This document shows positions 47,165 through 56,110 of a DNA stretch of 64,000 nucleotides, piece by piece. Source of the stretch: a virus. Position numbers and translations under genes: made by a program. Position 1 is the first letter of the stretch, and each line of letters starts with the position of its first letter. The notes under the pieces were generated by a model. That model was not told where the DNA came from. It searched no databases and saw only the letters and a program-made list of their open reading frames with translations. The DNA is taken from positions 64,001 through 128,000 of IMG/VR virus record IMGVR_UViG_3300022752_005671; one strand, 5' to 3'.

Positions 47165-48766
47165 ATGGGAAATTGGAAATTAAAGCAACTTAGAGATGAA
47201 CGTCGTAGAACATTTTTAAAGATGTGTACCGTTGCGGCAGCTGCAATAGGTATTGAAAGATCTAGACTTTTAAACTTCCTTGCTGATGAAGGAGGTTATG
47301 GATTGGCAGAAGCAGCTGGTTCAACATATGGGCGATCATTGCTTGTTCCATCTCCAAATGGCGTGTATGCTTGGTTTCAAGAACTTTGGCCAGTTGCAGA
47401 CGTCGGATTGAAAGCATGCCAAAATGCAAATGTTCCCGGATTGTCTTCAAATTTTGGAGGAACGTCTTCATACCTCTACACTTCCCAATATGGATATAAC
47501 CCAGCTAACGGATATCGAGGAACCTATGCTTGGGGTAAAGGTAATCCAATGCCTACATTACCGATGGGGGTAAAAGGATGGAACGGCGGAGATAGATCTT
47601 TCTTTTATAGTCCTCATGCTCCATGGTTTGATCACAACGCTGGAACTCCAAAATATCCTGTGACTGCGTTTATGTCAGGTAAGGATGAAACCCACACAGA
47701 ATTTCCAATTTCTCATATGTCTTTGTCTGGAAATTCATCATTACAAGCAGCGTTAGCTTCTCTTGGTGCAGCTGGGTCATCTGCGATAGTACCTGTTCTT
47801 GGTATAGATCCAGTCAAATATGGTAGAGCTCCTGGTGCCCCAGAAGTTGCCACGGTCCCATCTTCTGCAGGAATGATTGATCTATTTAATTCTGCAGCAA
47901 GCCAATTCGCTTTGGCAACTAAAGTTGACCAAGAGTTGTTTGAAACTTACTATAAGGCATTAGTTGGTCTTAGAAAGTCTTCAGAGAGATCATCATGGGC
48001 TCCGCAAATGTCAATCACGAAGAATGCTGCTAGAATCATTGGTCTTAATTTCGCATCGCAACTTACTCCTACGAGTCAAGATCTTACAGATTTCGGTATC
48101 CAAGACATGATTGATAGCATTAATGCATCATCTACGTATATGACTTCAACTCAAAGAAATGGTATTGAAGAATTTGGTAGAACACTAATCGTTGTGGCAA
48201 AGGCATTCTCATTAGGTCTATCCAAAACTGCCATCGTAGCCTTATCCCCAGGTCCAACCTCCGATACGACCTTCACAGACCCCCACGTTACATTTGATAA
48301 TATGACCTTAATGAACCAGGGTCGAAATACCACAAAACATTTAGGGAAGGTTCTGGATGGCTTCTACAACTATCTATCTCAACAGGTAGATCCTGAAAGT
48401 CCAACTGAAAAGCTGGATAAGAGTACTGTGTTCGTTGCATATGGCGATACGCCGCACACCCCGCTTGTCGGAAATACCTGGCCTGATGCAACTCCTGATG
48501 CTTGTAATTGGATGTACGTCATGGACCCAAGAGGGCACATCAAGAACGGATGGTTCGGTCACGTGTATGCCAATAAAGTTGGAGGTAAAAATGCAGTTGG
48601 ATTTAATCCTCTAACCGGTGTTGATGACATGACGAAAACTTCTGAACAAGTTTCTTCTTTTGGATCGACAGCGACAGTGTTTGCAGTTGCAAATGGAGAT
48701 TCAAATAAGACTTCAGAATATGGAAATTCTCCAAACGTAGTTTCTGCTTTGATTAATCAAAAGTAA
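47165..48766 (+). CDS. twin-arginine (Tat) exported DUF1501/DUF1552-like protein
   Basis: RRRTFLK Tat motif, hydrophobic stretch and AEAA cleavage site; FTDPH and LDKSTVFVAYGDTPHTP resemble the DUF1501 DTH and LDDTLVVVMSEFGRTP motifs. Confidence 0.72.
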   Translation: MGNWKLKQLRDERRRTFLKMCTVAAAAIGIERSRLLNFLADEGGYGLAEAAGSTYGRSLLVPSPNGVYAWFQELWPVADVGLKACQNANVPGLSSNFGGTSSYLYTSQYGYNPANGYRGTYAWGKGNPMPTLPMGVKGWNGGDRSFFYSPHAPWFDHNAGTPKYPVTAFMSGKDETHTEFPISHMSLSGNSSLQAALASLGAAGSSAIVPVLGIDPVKYGRAPGAPEVATVPSSAGMIDLFNSAASQFALATKVDQELFETYYKALVGLRKSSERSSWAPQMSITKNAARIIGLNFASQLTPTSQDLTDFGIQDMIDSINASSTYMTSTQRNGIEEFGRTLIVVAKAFSLGLSKTAIVALSPGPTSDTTFTDPHVTFDNMTLMNQGRNTTKHLGKVLDGFYNYLSQQVDPESPTEKLDKSTVFVAYGDTPHTPLVGNTWPDATPDACNWMYVMDPRGHIKNGWFGHVYANKVGGKNAVGFNPLTGVDDMTKTSEQVSSFGSTATVFAVANGDSNKTSEYGNSPNVVSALINQK

Positions 48767-48920
48767 AAACTAATTATTCTATTTCATTTTTATTATCAAG
48801 CGGTCAGCAACGATCTCTCGATTTTTCTTTTCTTGTACACGGAATGCCGTTATTAGTATCCTTTCTACTACCGGCAACAAGCCGACATTGAATAAATTTA
48901 AATAATTGGAGAATAAGTTT

Positions 48921-49187
48921 ATGCCAAAGAATAAGAAGACAGTTGTAAAGACAAACAAGAATGCAACAATCCGGACACGCAGAGATCGAACTGGTAAGCT
49001 TCGCACAGAGACAGCTCGCCGCGATGATGGATTTAATGCAGCTCTTACGACAGACGTTCGTAATGATTCGACTCGATTCTTCATTGATTTTGATCAACAG
49101 ACTGTTGAGTTTAGTGGTCGCGAGGCTCGCACGCTTTATCGACTTCTTCGTACTCATTACGCTTACACTGGTAAGCCACGCCGTTGA
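48921..49187 (+). CDS. small Arg-rich hypothetical protein
   Basis: GGAGA RBS supports ATG 48921; followed by a terminator. Confidence 0.7.
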   Translation: MPKNKKTVVKTNKNATIRTRRDRTGKLRTETARRDDGFNAALTTDVRNDSTRFFIDFDQQTVEFSGREARTLYRLLRTHYAYTGKPRR

Positions 49188-49209
49188 GACTTACTTAGTT
49201 AGCTTATGT

Positions 49210-49241
49210 GGAGAGGCCGCAAGACCTCTCCTTTTATTTTT
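49210..49241 (+). terminator. intrinsic terminator
   Basis: GGAGAGG..GCAA loop..CCTCTCC followed by TTTTATTTTT. Confidence 0.8.
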
Positions 49242-49258
49242 ATAGGAGGTACGTTGAA

Positions 49259-49783
49259 ATGCAAATTAGCAAACAAACTGCAATGTCATTGATTAAAGTA
49301 CTGAGCCATTATAATTCTATCACGATGTGTGGAGGTAATTTTCCTGTCATCAATAATGTTGATGAATTACTAGAAGATTTTGAAAGTTATGTTCTAGACA
49401 TTGACGATGATAAGAAAACATTCACTGATACTATTAAGGTTGACGAGGACATTTATCCTGAAGCTCTTTGTGAATTGCCTGGAGTGAGTGGTCATATCAA
49501 TAATTCTTCTGCTGGTGACCCAGGAGATGATATTAAGTTTTCTTTCAGGAAAATTTCCAATGATGAATCTGGAGAAGTAGACACATTTTTAATGATTAAT
49601 GATTGTTCTGACTCAATTGGTCCAATTACTTACTTGCGTCTTTTTGATAGAGAACTACAAGTAGCTACAGGACAAGGTTCTTATAGAACATGGCACTATT
49701 TTGATATTGAAACAGTTCCTACTTCTTGGGTAAGAGTATTTGGTCAATCATCAAACTATTTTAGAGTCATTAACTGGCAGTAA
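49259..49783 (+). CDS. hypothetical protein
   Basis: AGGAGG RBS supports ATG 49259 within ORF 49208..49783. Confidence 0.7.
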   Translation: MQISKQTAMSLIKVLSHYNSITMCGGNFPVINNVDELLEDFESYVLDIDDDKKTFTDTIKVDEDIYPEALCELPGVSGHINNSSAGDPGDDIKFSFRKISNDESGEVDTFLMINDCSDSIGPITYLRLFDRELQVATGQGSYRTWHYFDIETVPTSWVRVFGQSSNYFRVINWQ

Positions 49784-49840
49784 AATATTACATAACAAAT
49801 GACTATAGTGCCACGTTAATCGTTTAGAATTAAATACTTA

Positions 49841-50062
49841 TTGATTAACGTGGCACAAATTATTAAACCTTCTACAGTGGCAATAACTTTATTAAAAACT
49901 CGTGATGAGTTAAATGGGTTATTACAGCTTATTCGTTCTTGGAGAATAAACGGAATAAATGGATCAGGTATAGTTCCTATTGCGATATTGCCATTAGAAA
50001 CAAAATTAGAAAAATCAATCAAAGATATTGAATCTATGATTAAGATTGCTGCAAAAGTTTGA
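49841..50062 (+). CDS. hypothetical protein
   Basis: short co-directional ORF with a TTG start. Confidence 0.45.
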   Translation: MINVAQIIKPSTVAITLLKTRDELNGLLQLIRSWRINGINGSGIVPIAILPLETKLEKSIKDIESMIKIAAKV

Positions 50063-50074
50063 AGTAAATTATAT

Positions 50075-50263
50075 ATGTTTAATATGTCTGCAACAACTGA
50101 AAATTTACTATTACAAATCATTGAATTAGAGCAAAAGATTCTTGAAGTAAAATCTCGAGGACAAAATTCATTTGAATTAGAAGAAACATTGGTTGTGCTT
50201 AAGGGTAAATTTGCTATGATGAATGAAGCCTTGAGCATGCGTCAAGGTATCTTGAAAGGATGA
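50075..50263 (+). CDS. small coiled-coil hypothetical protein
   Basis: coupled to the next ORF (ATGA overlap). Confidence 0.55.
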   Translation: MFNMSATTENLLLQIIELEQKILEVKSRGQNSFELEETLVVLKGKFAMMNEALSMRQGILKG

Positions 50264-50484
50264 ATATGCAAAGAGTAGATTTATATCAACCGATGATTCA
50301 TGCTAGAGTTGGAGCCCCTCCTCTTGTTATTAACGTAGGTGTTAATAGATCAGGAGCAGAAACTATGGGAGGTATGGTTGAGAATGTAGTAAGACCAGAA
50401 TCTTATGTTTTATTATCAGCACTGCCAGATGAGCTTAGAGAAAGAGTAAAGACGGCAATTCAAGCTATCATTTCATCCATGTGA
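50260..50484 (+). CDS. hypothetical protein
   Basis: ATGA overlap with the previous gene; directly upstream of the endolysin. Confidence 0.6.
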   Translation: MNMQRVDLYQPMIHARVGAPPLVINVGVNRSGAETMGGMVENVVRPESYVLLSALPDELRERVKTAIQAIISSM

Positions 50485-50491
50485 GATCACC

Positions 50492-51280
50492 ATGGTTCAA
50501 ATAATTCGATTAGGATCAACAGGACTAGATGTTGAAAAGTGGCAAATATTCTTAAGAGGATTGTCACAAAATAGTTCTATCATCGTAAATGGAAATTTTG
50601 ATTCATTTACTGAAAGAGAAACAAAGGCATTTCAATCTAAGAAAGGGTTAGTTCCTGATGGAATTGTTGGACCCAAAACGTTGGCAATTGCATTACAGTC
50701 AGGATATCCCTTAATGGATGATCCAACGTCAGACATTAATGGTCCAAATTGGCCGCCTCGTCCTGCGATCGGACCATTAAGCGTAGTTGATCGCGAAAAA
50801 CTTTTTGGAAGATTTACGTATATTTCATCGCCGACATTTGCAAATCCAGAAGCCATAACGATTACTGGCAGCTGGATTCAAAACAATATATCTTCAGTAA
50901 AAATTCCTGAGTTAAGCGGAGTTGCTGGTGCACCTTCTTCTTGTAACATTCAAATTCATTCATTTTTATCAAATCAAATGATGAATCTATTTAAAGCTTG
51001 GGATAAAGAAGGATTAAAATATTTGATGATGTCTTGGGGAGGATCTTGGAGCCCCCGTTTCATTAGAGGATCAAGAACAACATTATCAAACCATGCTTGG
51101 GCGACTGCGTTTGATATTAACGTTCAATGGAACCAGCTTGGTGCACAACCTGCATTACGAGGAGAAACTGGCTCAGTTAGAGAACTTGTAGAAATTGCAT
51201 ACGATCATGGGTTTTATTGGGGCGGTTGGTTTCCAAAAAGACCTGACGGAATGCATTTTGAAGCCTACAAAATCATTTAA
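50492..51280 (+). CDS. endolysin: peptidoglycan-binding domain plus M15-family Zn peptidase
   Basis: IRLGSTGLDVEKWQ..FQSKKGLVPDGIVGPKT (PG_binding_1); SNHAWATAFDIN (SxHxxxxAxD) and DGMHFE. Confidence 0.88.
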   Translation: MVQIIRLGSTGLDVEKWQIFLRGLSQNSSIIVNGNFDSFTERETKAFQSKKGLVPDGIVGPKTLAIALQSGYPLMDDPTSDINGPNWPPRPAIGPLSVVDREKLFGRFTYISSPTFANPEAITITGSWIQNNISSVKIPELSGVAGAPSSCNIQIHSFLSNQMMNLFKAWDKEGLKYLMMSWGGSWSPRFIRGSRTTLSNHAWATAFDINVQWNQLGAQPALRGETGSVRELVEIAYDHGFYWGGWFPKRPDGMHFEAYKII

Positions 51281-51296
51281 ATACATAGTTAATCTC

Positions 51297-51680
51297 GTGC
51301 CAGTCAGTAAAGATCTTTCTCGTACCAGGAAGGCTTATTCATATTTTAGGCCTCGACCAATTATTCGTGAAATTACTACAGAACAAGAAATGATTAACAT
51401 TAATAATGTAACTACGCAAATTAATTTACTAACGCAAACAGTTAGTGCGAATAACATTATATGGAATGAAATTCCTTCAGGAACTATTGATGGAATGAAT
51501 GCTTCATTTACTCTTGCATATACTCCTCATTCTGGTTCAAAGTTGCTTGTTTTCGTAAACGGAGTGTTACAAGAAATAAAAGATGAAAATTCAGATTTTA
51601 CCATTTCTGATAAAATAATAACATTTTCATCTGCTCCAAGAAGAGATTCTAAGATTTTGGTCACTTACGCAAAATCTTGA
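51297..51680 (+). CDS. small putative virion protein
   Basis: GTG 51297 follows ATAGTTA; EIPSGTIDG.N.SFTL..LLVFVNGVLQ..DFTISDKIITFSSAP is a beta-domain common in phage structural proteins. Confidence 0.6.
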   Translation: MPVSKDLSRTRKAYSYFRPRPIIREITTEQEMININNVTTQINLLTQTVSANNIIWNEIPSGTIDGMNASFTLAYTPHSGSKLLVFVNGVLQEIKDENSDFTISDKIITFSSAPRRDSKILVTYAKS

Positions 51681-51686
51681 TTTATT

Positions 51687-52304
51687 TCAAGCTTTTGGCT
51701 TTCTTCCACGCTTCTTTTTTTCAGATTCTTCTGAAACTTTTTGTTTTTCTAAAGCTTTTTTTCTTCTCTCTGCAATGTCTAAAGCAGCTCGTCCAGCTCT
51801 CGTTGTGGGATCCTTGTCTGGTCTAACCCTTGTCGATCTCTCTTTAGTTACAGTTGCATCTTGCTGTTGTGTTTCTTCTTTTTTAGCTTCTTCTAAACGA
51901 GTTTTTATTGCAGAATCATGATTCGTTTTTGAAGCGACTAGTTTTTCTAAATCCTGCCGCAAAAAAACAATTTCTCCTTGCTTGGAATAAAAAAGCCTGT
52001 CTGATTCTAATGATTCATTTTTAGAAAAGTTAACCACATTATTCAACACTGTTTCTACAAAATCAGAGATGTCTTTTGAAAGTTTTTGCTGCGAAACTAA
52101 TTCTGCTAATTCTTTCTTTTTCTGTTTCACATGTTTGCCAATTTTTTCAGTCAATTCTTTAGATCCGACCGTATAACCTTCTAAACGTTTTAAGCTTTCT
52201 ACTAAAGAATTTAATTGAGTTTTTTTATCTATGATCAATTCTTCTAATAGTTTTGATCTAGAAGCTAATGTTTTAATTGTTGCGTTGTCTTTTTCTTGGC
52301 TCAT
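51687..52304 (-). CDS. coiled-coil hypothetical protein with a basic C-terminus
   Basis: 205-aa ORF. Confidence 0.65.
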   Translation of the reverse strand: MSQEKDNATIKTLASRSKLLEELIIDKKTQLNSLVESLKRLEGYTVGSKELTEKIGKHVKQKKKELAELVSQQKLSKDISDFVETVLNNVVNFSKNESLESDRLFYSKQGEIVFLRQDLEKLVASKTNHDSAIKTRLEEAKKEETQQQDATVTKERSTRVRPDKDPTTRAGRAALDIAERRKKALEKQKVSEESEKKKRGRKPKA

Positions 52305-52355
52305 AAATTAATTTTGAAAAATATACTGATAAAATATTGTATAATATTTTGTAGT

Positions 52356-52386
52356 AAAAATAAAAAGGCCCGGATTTCTCCGGGCC
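52356..52386 (-). terminator. intrinsic terminator for the minus-strand fibre gene
   Basis: GGCCCGGA-GAAA-TCCGGGCC followed by TTTTTATTTTT on the minus strand. Confidence 0.88.
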
Positions 52387-52429
52387 CCCGCAATCAGTTA
52401 GTCTTGATTGCTATATCGTAGCCGTATTA

Positions 52430-54628
52430 TCAGCCGCGCACGATGACGGTGATGACGTCTTCAGCAACGAGTGCAGACACGATCGAAGAATCGAAAGTGA
52501 CTGATGTTGTTGAAATTGAGGTGAGGTCGCGGCTTGGAGCCATGAGAACACCGTTGAGGTAGACGTCAACCAACTTGTGGTTAGCTGAAGCAAGAGGTCC
52601 TTGGCCTACGAAGCTAAGGACGTTTCCTGCAAAGTCAGCTGCACCGTATGTTGACTTGGAGAGGTTTCCACCTTGGTTAGCTGCATCAAGATCGCTGCGA
52701 AGTTCATTGAGTGCGCCAACGATTGTTGTTGCATCGAATGCTGCATCGAATGTGGTGTATTCTGCTGCTGACATGAGACCCATGGAGTTACCATTTGCGG
52801 AGAAGGAGAGGTCATCAGCTGCTGAAATTGACATTTCTGCAACTGAAGAGAGTGATACTCCTGCTGGTGATGCAGAGAGGGAACCACTGAGGCTTCCTTC
52901 CATTCCACCTAACTTGACAGAGCTCATCCATGCTGGAACAAGTGCTGCACCATCGAGATCAGCTGGAGAATCTCCTGCTGGGTTGTGGGCAACTTGTGCG
53001 AAGATGAGTTCACCTGCGCCACCATCTTGTCCAACGATGAGGTCAGATCCAGCACCAGCTCCCTTGCTGAGGACGATACCGGAGTCAGAAGAACCGGCAG
53101 ATCCTGTTGCAAGGTAGATGAATGCATCCTTAACCTTCATGTTTTCAGTTTCAATGTAGGTGAATGCGCCCTTTACGAGGAGGTCGCCGTCAACTTGTGC
53201 ATTGCCTGAAACGCGAAGGCCGCCGTTGATGGAAAGATCAGATCCATCGAAGGTGAGCTTTTGTTCATCCTTCATTGAACCGTCTGAGTCAACGATGTAA
53301 AGACGTGTTGCTGTATCGCCATCAATGCTGATCTTGTTTGCTGTTAAGTCTGCATTGACATCGAGAGCTGCTCCGCTTACAGACACTCCGTTTTGGAATG
53401 TTGCTGCGCCTGCGACATCGAGGGTTGAGTCGAAATCGACAGCACCATCAACGTCGAGTGTTCCTGTTGTTGCAACGTTTCCGGAGCCATCTGCTACCGT
53501 GAATGCACCGTCAACATCAATTCCGCCATCGAGTGATGCGAGACCTGCGACGTCGAGTGTTCCTGTTGTTGCAACGTTTCCAGAGCCGTCTGCTACTGTG
53601 AATGCGCCATCAACATCGATTCCACCGTCAAGTGATGCAAGTCCTGCAACGTCAAGGGTTGATGCGAAGTCAGCTGCTCCATCAACGTCAAGGGTTCCTG
53701 ATGTTGCAACGTTTCCAGAGCCATCTGCTACTGTAAATGCACCGTCGACATCGATTCCGCCGTCAAGCGATGCAAGTCCTGCAACGTCAAGGGTTCCTGA
53801 TGTTGCAACGTTTCCAGAACCATCTGCTACAGTGAATGCACCGTCAACGTCGATTCCGCCGTCAAGTGATGCAAGTCCTGCAACGTCGAGGGTTGATGCG
53901 AAGTCAGCTGCTCCTGCGACAGAAAGAGATCCTGAGATTCCTGCTGCGTGTGCGAGGTAGAGAGAATCTGCATCAACAACTCCTGCAAATGAAGCATCGC
54001 CGAGAACTGCAAGATCTTCAGAAACCGTGAGGTCTCCTGTGATTGCTGCTCCGCCTACGATTGAAGCTCCACCTGCAGAAATTTCGAGACCAGCAGAACC
54101 GCTGATTGCTGAATCGAATGTTGCAATTCCGCCAACATCGAGTGCTCCTGCGATATCTGCAAATCCAGAAACGTCGAGGTTTCCAGTGATGTCAAGTTTA
54201 GATCCATCATAAACAAGGTTTGATGAATCAGCAATTTCACCGGATGCTCCAACGATGTAGAGGTTACCTGGGCTGTTGTCTCCATCAATCTTGATTTCGT
54301 TTGCGGAAACTCCGCCGTTGAAATCAGCAGCTCCTGCAACTTGGAGTGTGCTGTCGAGTGTAGCAGCTCCTGTCACATCAACTGTGCCTTGGAAATCTGC
54401 GTTTGCTCCTGACATATGAACAGCTGCGTAGATGTCTGAGAGGTCTTGTGAACCATCAAGAGCATCGTACCAGTTTGACTTACCAACGATCTTGTTGATT
54501 TGTGAGCGAAGTGCATCAAGGTCACCCTTTAATGTAGACTTGCTTGCAAGGCCAGAGCCTGCTGCAAGTGAATCGTCAAAAGAAAGTGAACCACTGATTT
54601 GTGATTGTTGTATCTTTGAAATAGCCAT
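52430..54628 (-). CDS. repeat-rich beta-helical fibre/decoration protein
   Basis: 732 aa, Asp/Gly/Ala/Ser-rich with 6-residue periodicity; four 33-aa repeats; C-terminal VYLNGVL domain; codon bias like the capsid gene. Confidence 0.75.
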   Translation of the reverse strand: MAISKIQQSQISGSLSFDDSLAAGSGLASKSTLKGDLDALRSQINKIVGKSNWYDALDGSQDLSDIYAAVHMSGANADFQGTVDVTGAATLDSTLQVAGAADFNGGVSANEIKIDGDNSPGNLYIVGASGEIADSSNLVYDGSKLDITGNLDVSGFADIAGALDVGGIATFDSAISGSAGLEISAGGASIVGGAAITGDLTVSEDLAVLGDASFAGVVDADSLYLAHAAGISGSLSVAGAADFASTLDVAGLASLDGGIDVDGAFTVADGSGNVATSGTLDVAGLASLDGGIDVDGAFTVADGSGNVATSGTLDVDGAADFASTLDVAGLASLDGGIDVDGAFTVADGSGNVATTGTLDVAGLASLDGGIDVDGAFTVADGSGNVATTGTLDVDGAVDFDSTLDVAGAATFQNGVSVSGAALDVNADLTANKISIDGDTATRLYIVDSDGSMKDEQKLTFDGSDLSINGGLRVSGNAQVDGDLLVKGAFTYIETENMKVKDAFIYLATGSAGSSDSGIVLSKGAGAGSDLIVGQDGGAGELIFAQVAHNPAGDSPADLDGAALVPAWMSSVKLGGMEGSLSGSLSASPAGVSLSSVAEMSISAADDLSFSANGNSMGLMSAAEYTTFDAAFDATTIVGALNELRSDLDAANQGGNLSKSTYGAADFAGNVLSFVGQGPLASANHKLVDVYLNGVLMAPSRDLTSISTTSVTFDSSIVSALVAEDVITVIVRG
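53420..53923 (-). repeat. intragenic tandem repeats: 12+33+33+12+33+33+12 codons
   Basis: 99-bp units at 53887-53789, 53788-53690, 53653-53555 and 53554-53456, separated by 36-bp units. Confidence 0.92.
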
Positions 54629-54692
54629 TTTACCACCTAGATTGGTTGTTGTTTACGCAATGCCAGCACCACGCTGGATCTATGCGCAAATA

Positions 54693-54699
54693 TAAATAT
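54693..54699 (-). promoter_or_regulatory. candidate late-promoter heptamer ATATTTA for the fibre gene
   Basis: minus-strand ATATTTA directly before a stem-loop leader. Confidence 0.4.
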
Positions 54700-54737
54700 T
54701 CTGAAACGAATCGATCTACAATCGTGGCGATGAACTA

Positions 54738-54759
54738 TTTGTCATAATTTTGTCATAAC
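54738..54759 (+). promoter_or_regulatory. Pho-box-like 11-bp direct repeat
   Basis: TTTGTCATAAT TTTGTCATAAC compared with the E. coli Pho box CTGTCATA(A/T)A(T/A)CTGTCA(C/T). Confidence 0.45.
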
Positions 54760-54876
54760 TTATTTTTTGTAGATTACAAGCTCAAGATGTTCATTACGTG
54801 ATAAAAATGTTTGAGATGTTTTGATTGACTACCATATTTTTATATGAACGTCTAGAGCGTTGAGGAACGAATTAAC

Positions 54877-56064
54877 ATGACGACATTTTCAGCAACAATA
54901 AATCCAACGCCGTTCGGCTTTTTTGATGCAGAAACTTCATTTCAAACAGAAGCAGATTCAATGGTCTTGTTCGTTAAGCGTAAGCTTGGCGATGATGTAC
55001 TTTCTGTTGAATTAACTAAAAAGGAAATTTGGGCATGTTTTGAAGAAGCATGTTGCGAATATTCACGTTTAATTCATGAAATGAAAATAACTTCTGATTT
55101 AACCAATGTCTTAGGAATGCCTACTGGTTCTACTGACTTGACAAATAGGTACGCAAAAAGAACTGTAGAGTATCTTTTAAGAATGGCAGAACCTTATGCG
55201 ACTGAAGCATACATAGGAGGATCTTATGATGCAACTTTAGGATATGTTGAATTAGTTTCTGGGCAGCAAGATTATAACATTTATAAAGATGTTAAAATTG
55301 CATCAGGTAGCCAAGCTGGTTCTGTATTATATGATACATTGGCAACGGGATCGAAAGGAAAATTAAAAGTTGTAGAAGTTTTTCATCTTGAACCATTGGC
55401 TGCTCAACAATTCTTATTAAATGCATCCAATGTAACTAACTTCCTTGCTACTAATTTTAACTATGAATCTTATGTAAACTCTACTGTTTTCTATGTTCTT
55501 CCAGTATTTGAGGATGTCTTAAGAAGAGGCATGTTAGAAACAGCATTTAGAGTTAGAAGGTCAAATTATTCTTATGAAATAATAGGAAGCAATTTAAGGA
55601 TTTATCCGACTCCTTCTACTGATCTACAAATGGGTAAACTTTTTATTAAATTGATGACGCCCCATAATCCGTTAAGCCCCACTGCATATGCGGATGATTC
55701 AATTTATGGAATATCTGGTCCAAGCAATGTTCCTTTTGGGAATATTCCATTCGTTACCATAAACCAACCAGGAAAACAATGGATCAGACAGTACACGTTG
55801 GCGTTGTGCAAAGAATTATTAGGATTGATTCGTTCTAAATTTTCTTCAATACCGATTCCTAATGCTGAATTGACATTAAACGGTGCTGAATTAGTTTCAC
55901 AAGGACGAGAAGATAAAGACAAGCTATCAACCCAAATGAAAGAATTTTTATCAAACTTAACCCACGCTAAGCTATTGGAACAAGATGCTTTGGCGGCAGA
56001 AAACATGCAAAAGCAGCTTAGATACATCCCAATGCCATTAGGAAAATCTATTCAAATTGGATAA
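54877..56064 (+). CDS. gp13: neck protein (T4 gp13-like)
   Basis: RKLG..LSVELT; WIRQYTLALCKELLG.IRSKF..IP....TLNGAEL; position before gp14/gp15/sheath. Confidence 0.8.
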   Translation: MTTFSATINPTPFGFFDAETSFQTEADSMVLFVKRKLGDDVLSVELTKKEIWACFEEACCEYSRLIHEMKITSDLTNVLGMPTGSTDLTNRYAKRTVEYLLRMAEPYATEAYIGGSYDATLGYVELVSGQQDYNIYKDVKIASGSQAGSVLYDTLATGSKGKLKVVEVFHLEPLAAQQFLLNASNVTNFLATNFNYESYVNSTVFYVLPVFEDVLRRGMLETAFRVRRSNYSYEIIGSNLRIYPTPSTDLQMGKLFIKLMTPHNPLSPTAYADDSIYGISGPSNVPFGNIPFVTINQPGKQWIRQYTLALCKELLGLIRSKFSSIPIPNAELTLNGAELVSQGREDKDKLSTQMKEFLSNLTHAKLLEQDALAAENMQKQLRYIPMPLGKSIQIG

Positions 56065-56110
56065 TGGGATTTAATCATTATTTACCTACTTAATTTTTAA
56101 GGACATTATA

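Noticed and set aside
53420-53923. Repeats as a CRISPR array or diversity-generating retroelement template
   Set aside because: The repeats are contiguous in-frame coding units with synonymous variation; there are no unique spacers, no adenine-specific mismatch pattern and no reverse transcriptase in the window.
52575-54695. Several long plus-strand and alternative-frame ORFs overlapping the fibre gene (also 42261-43351 antisense to the capsid gene and 39488-41548 antisense to the scaffold gene)
   Set aside because: These are shadow ORFs expected from strong codon bias in GC-richer, highly expressed genes; they have no RBS or motif support.
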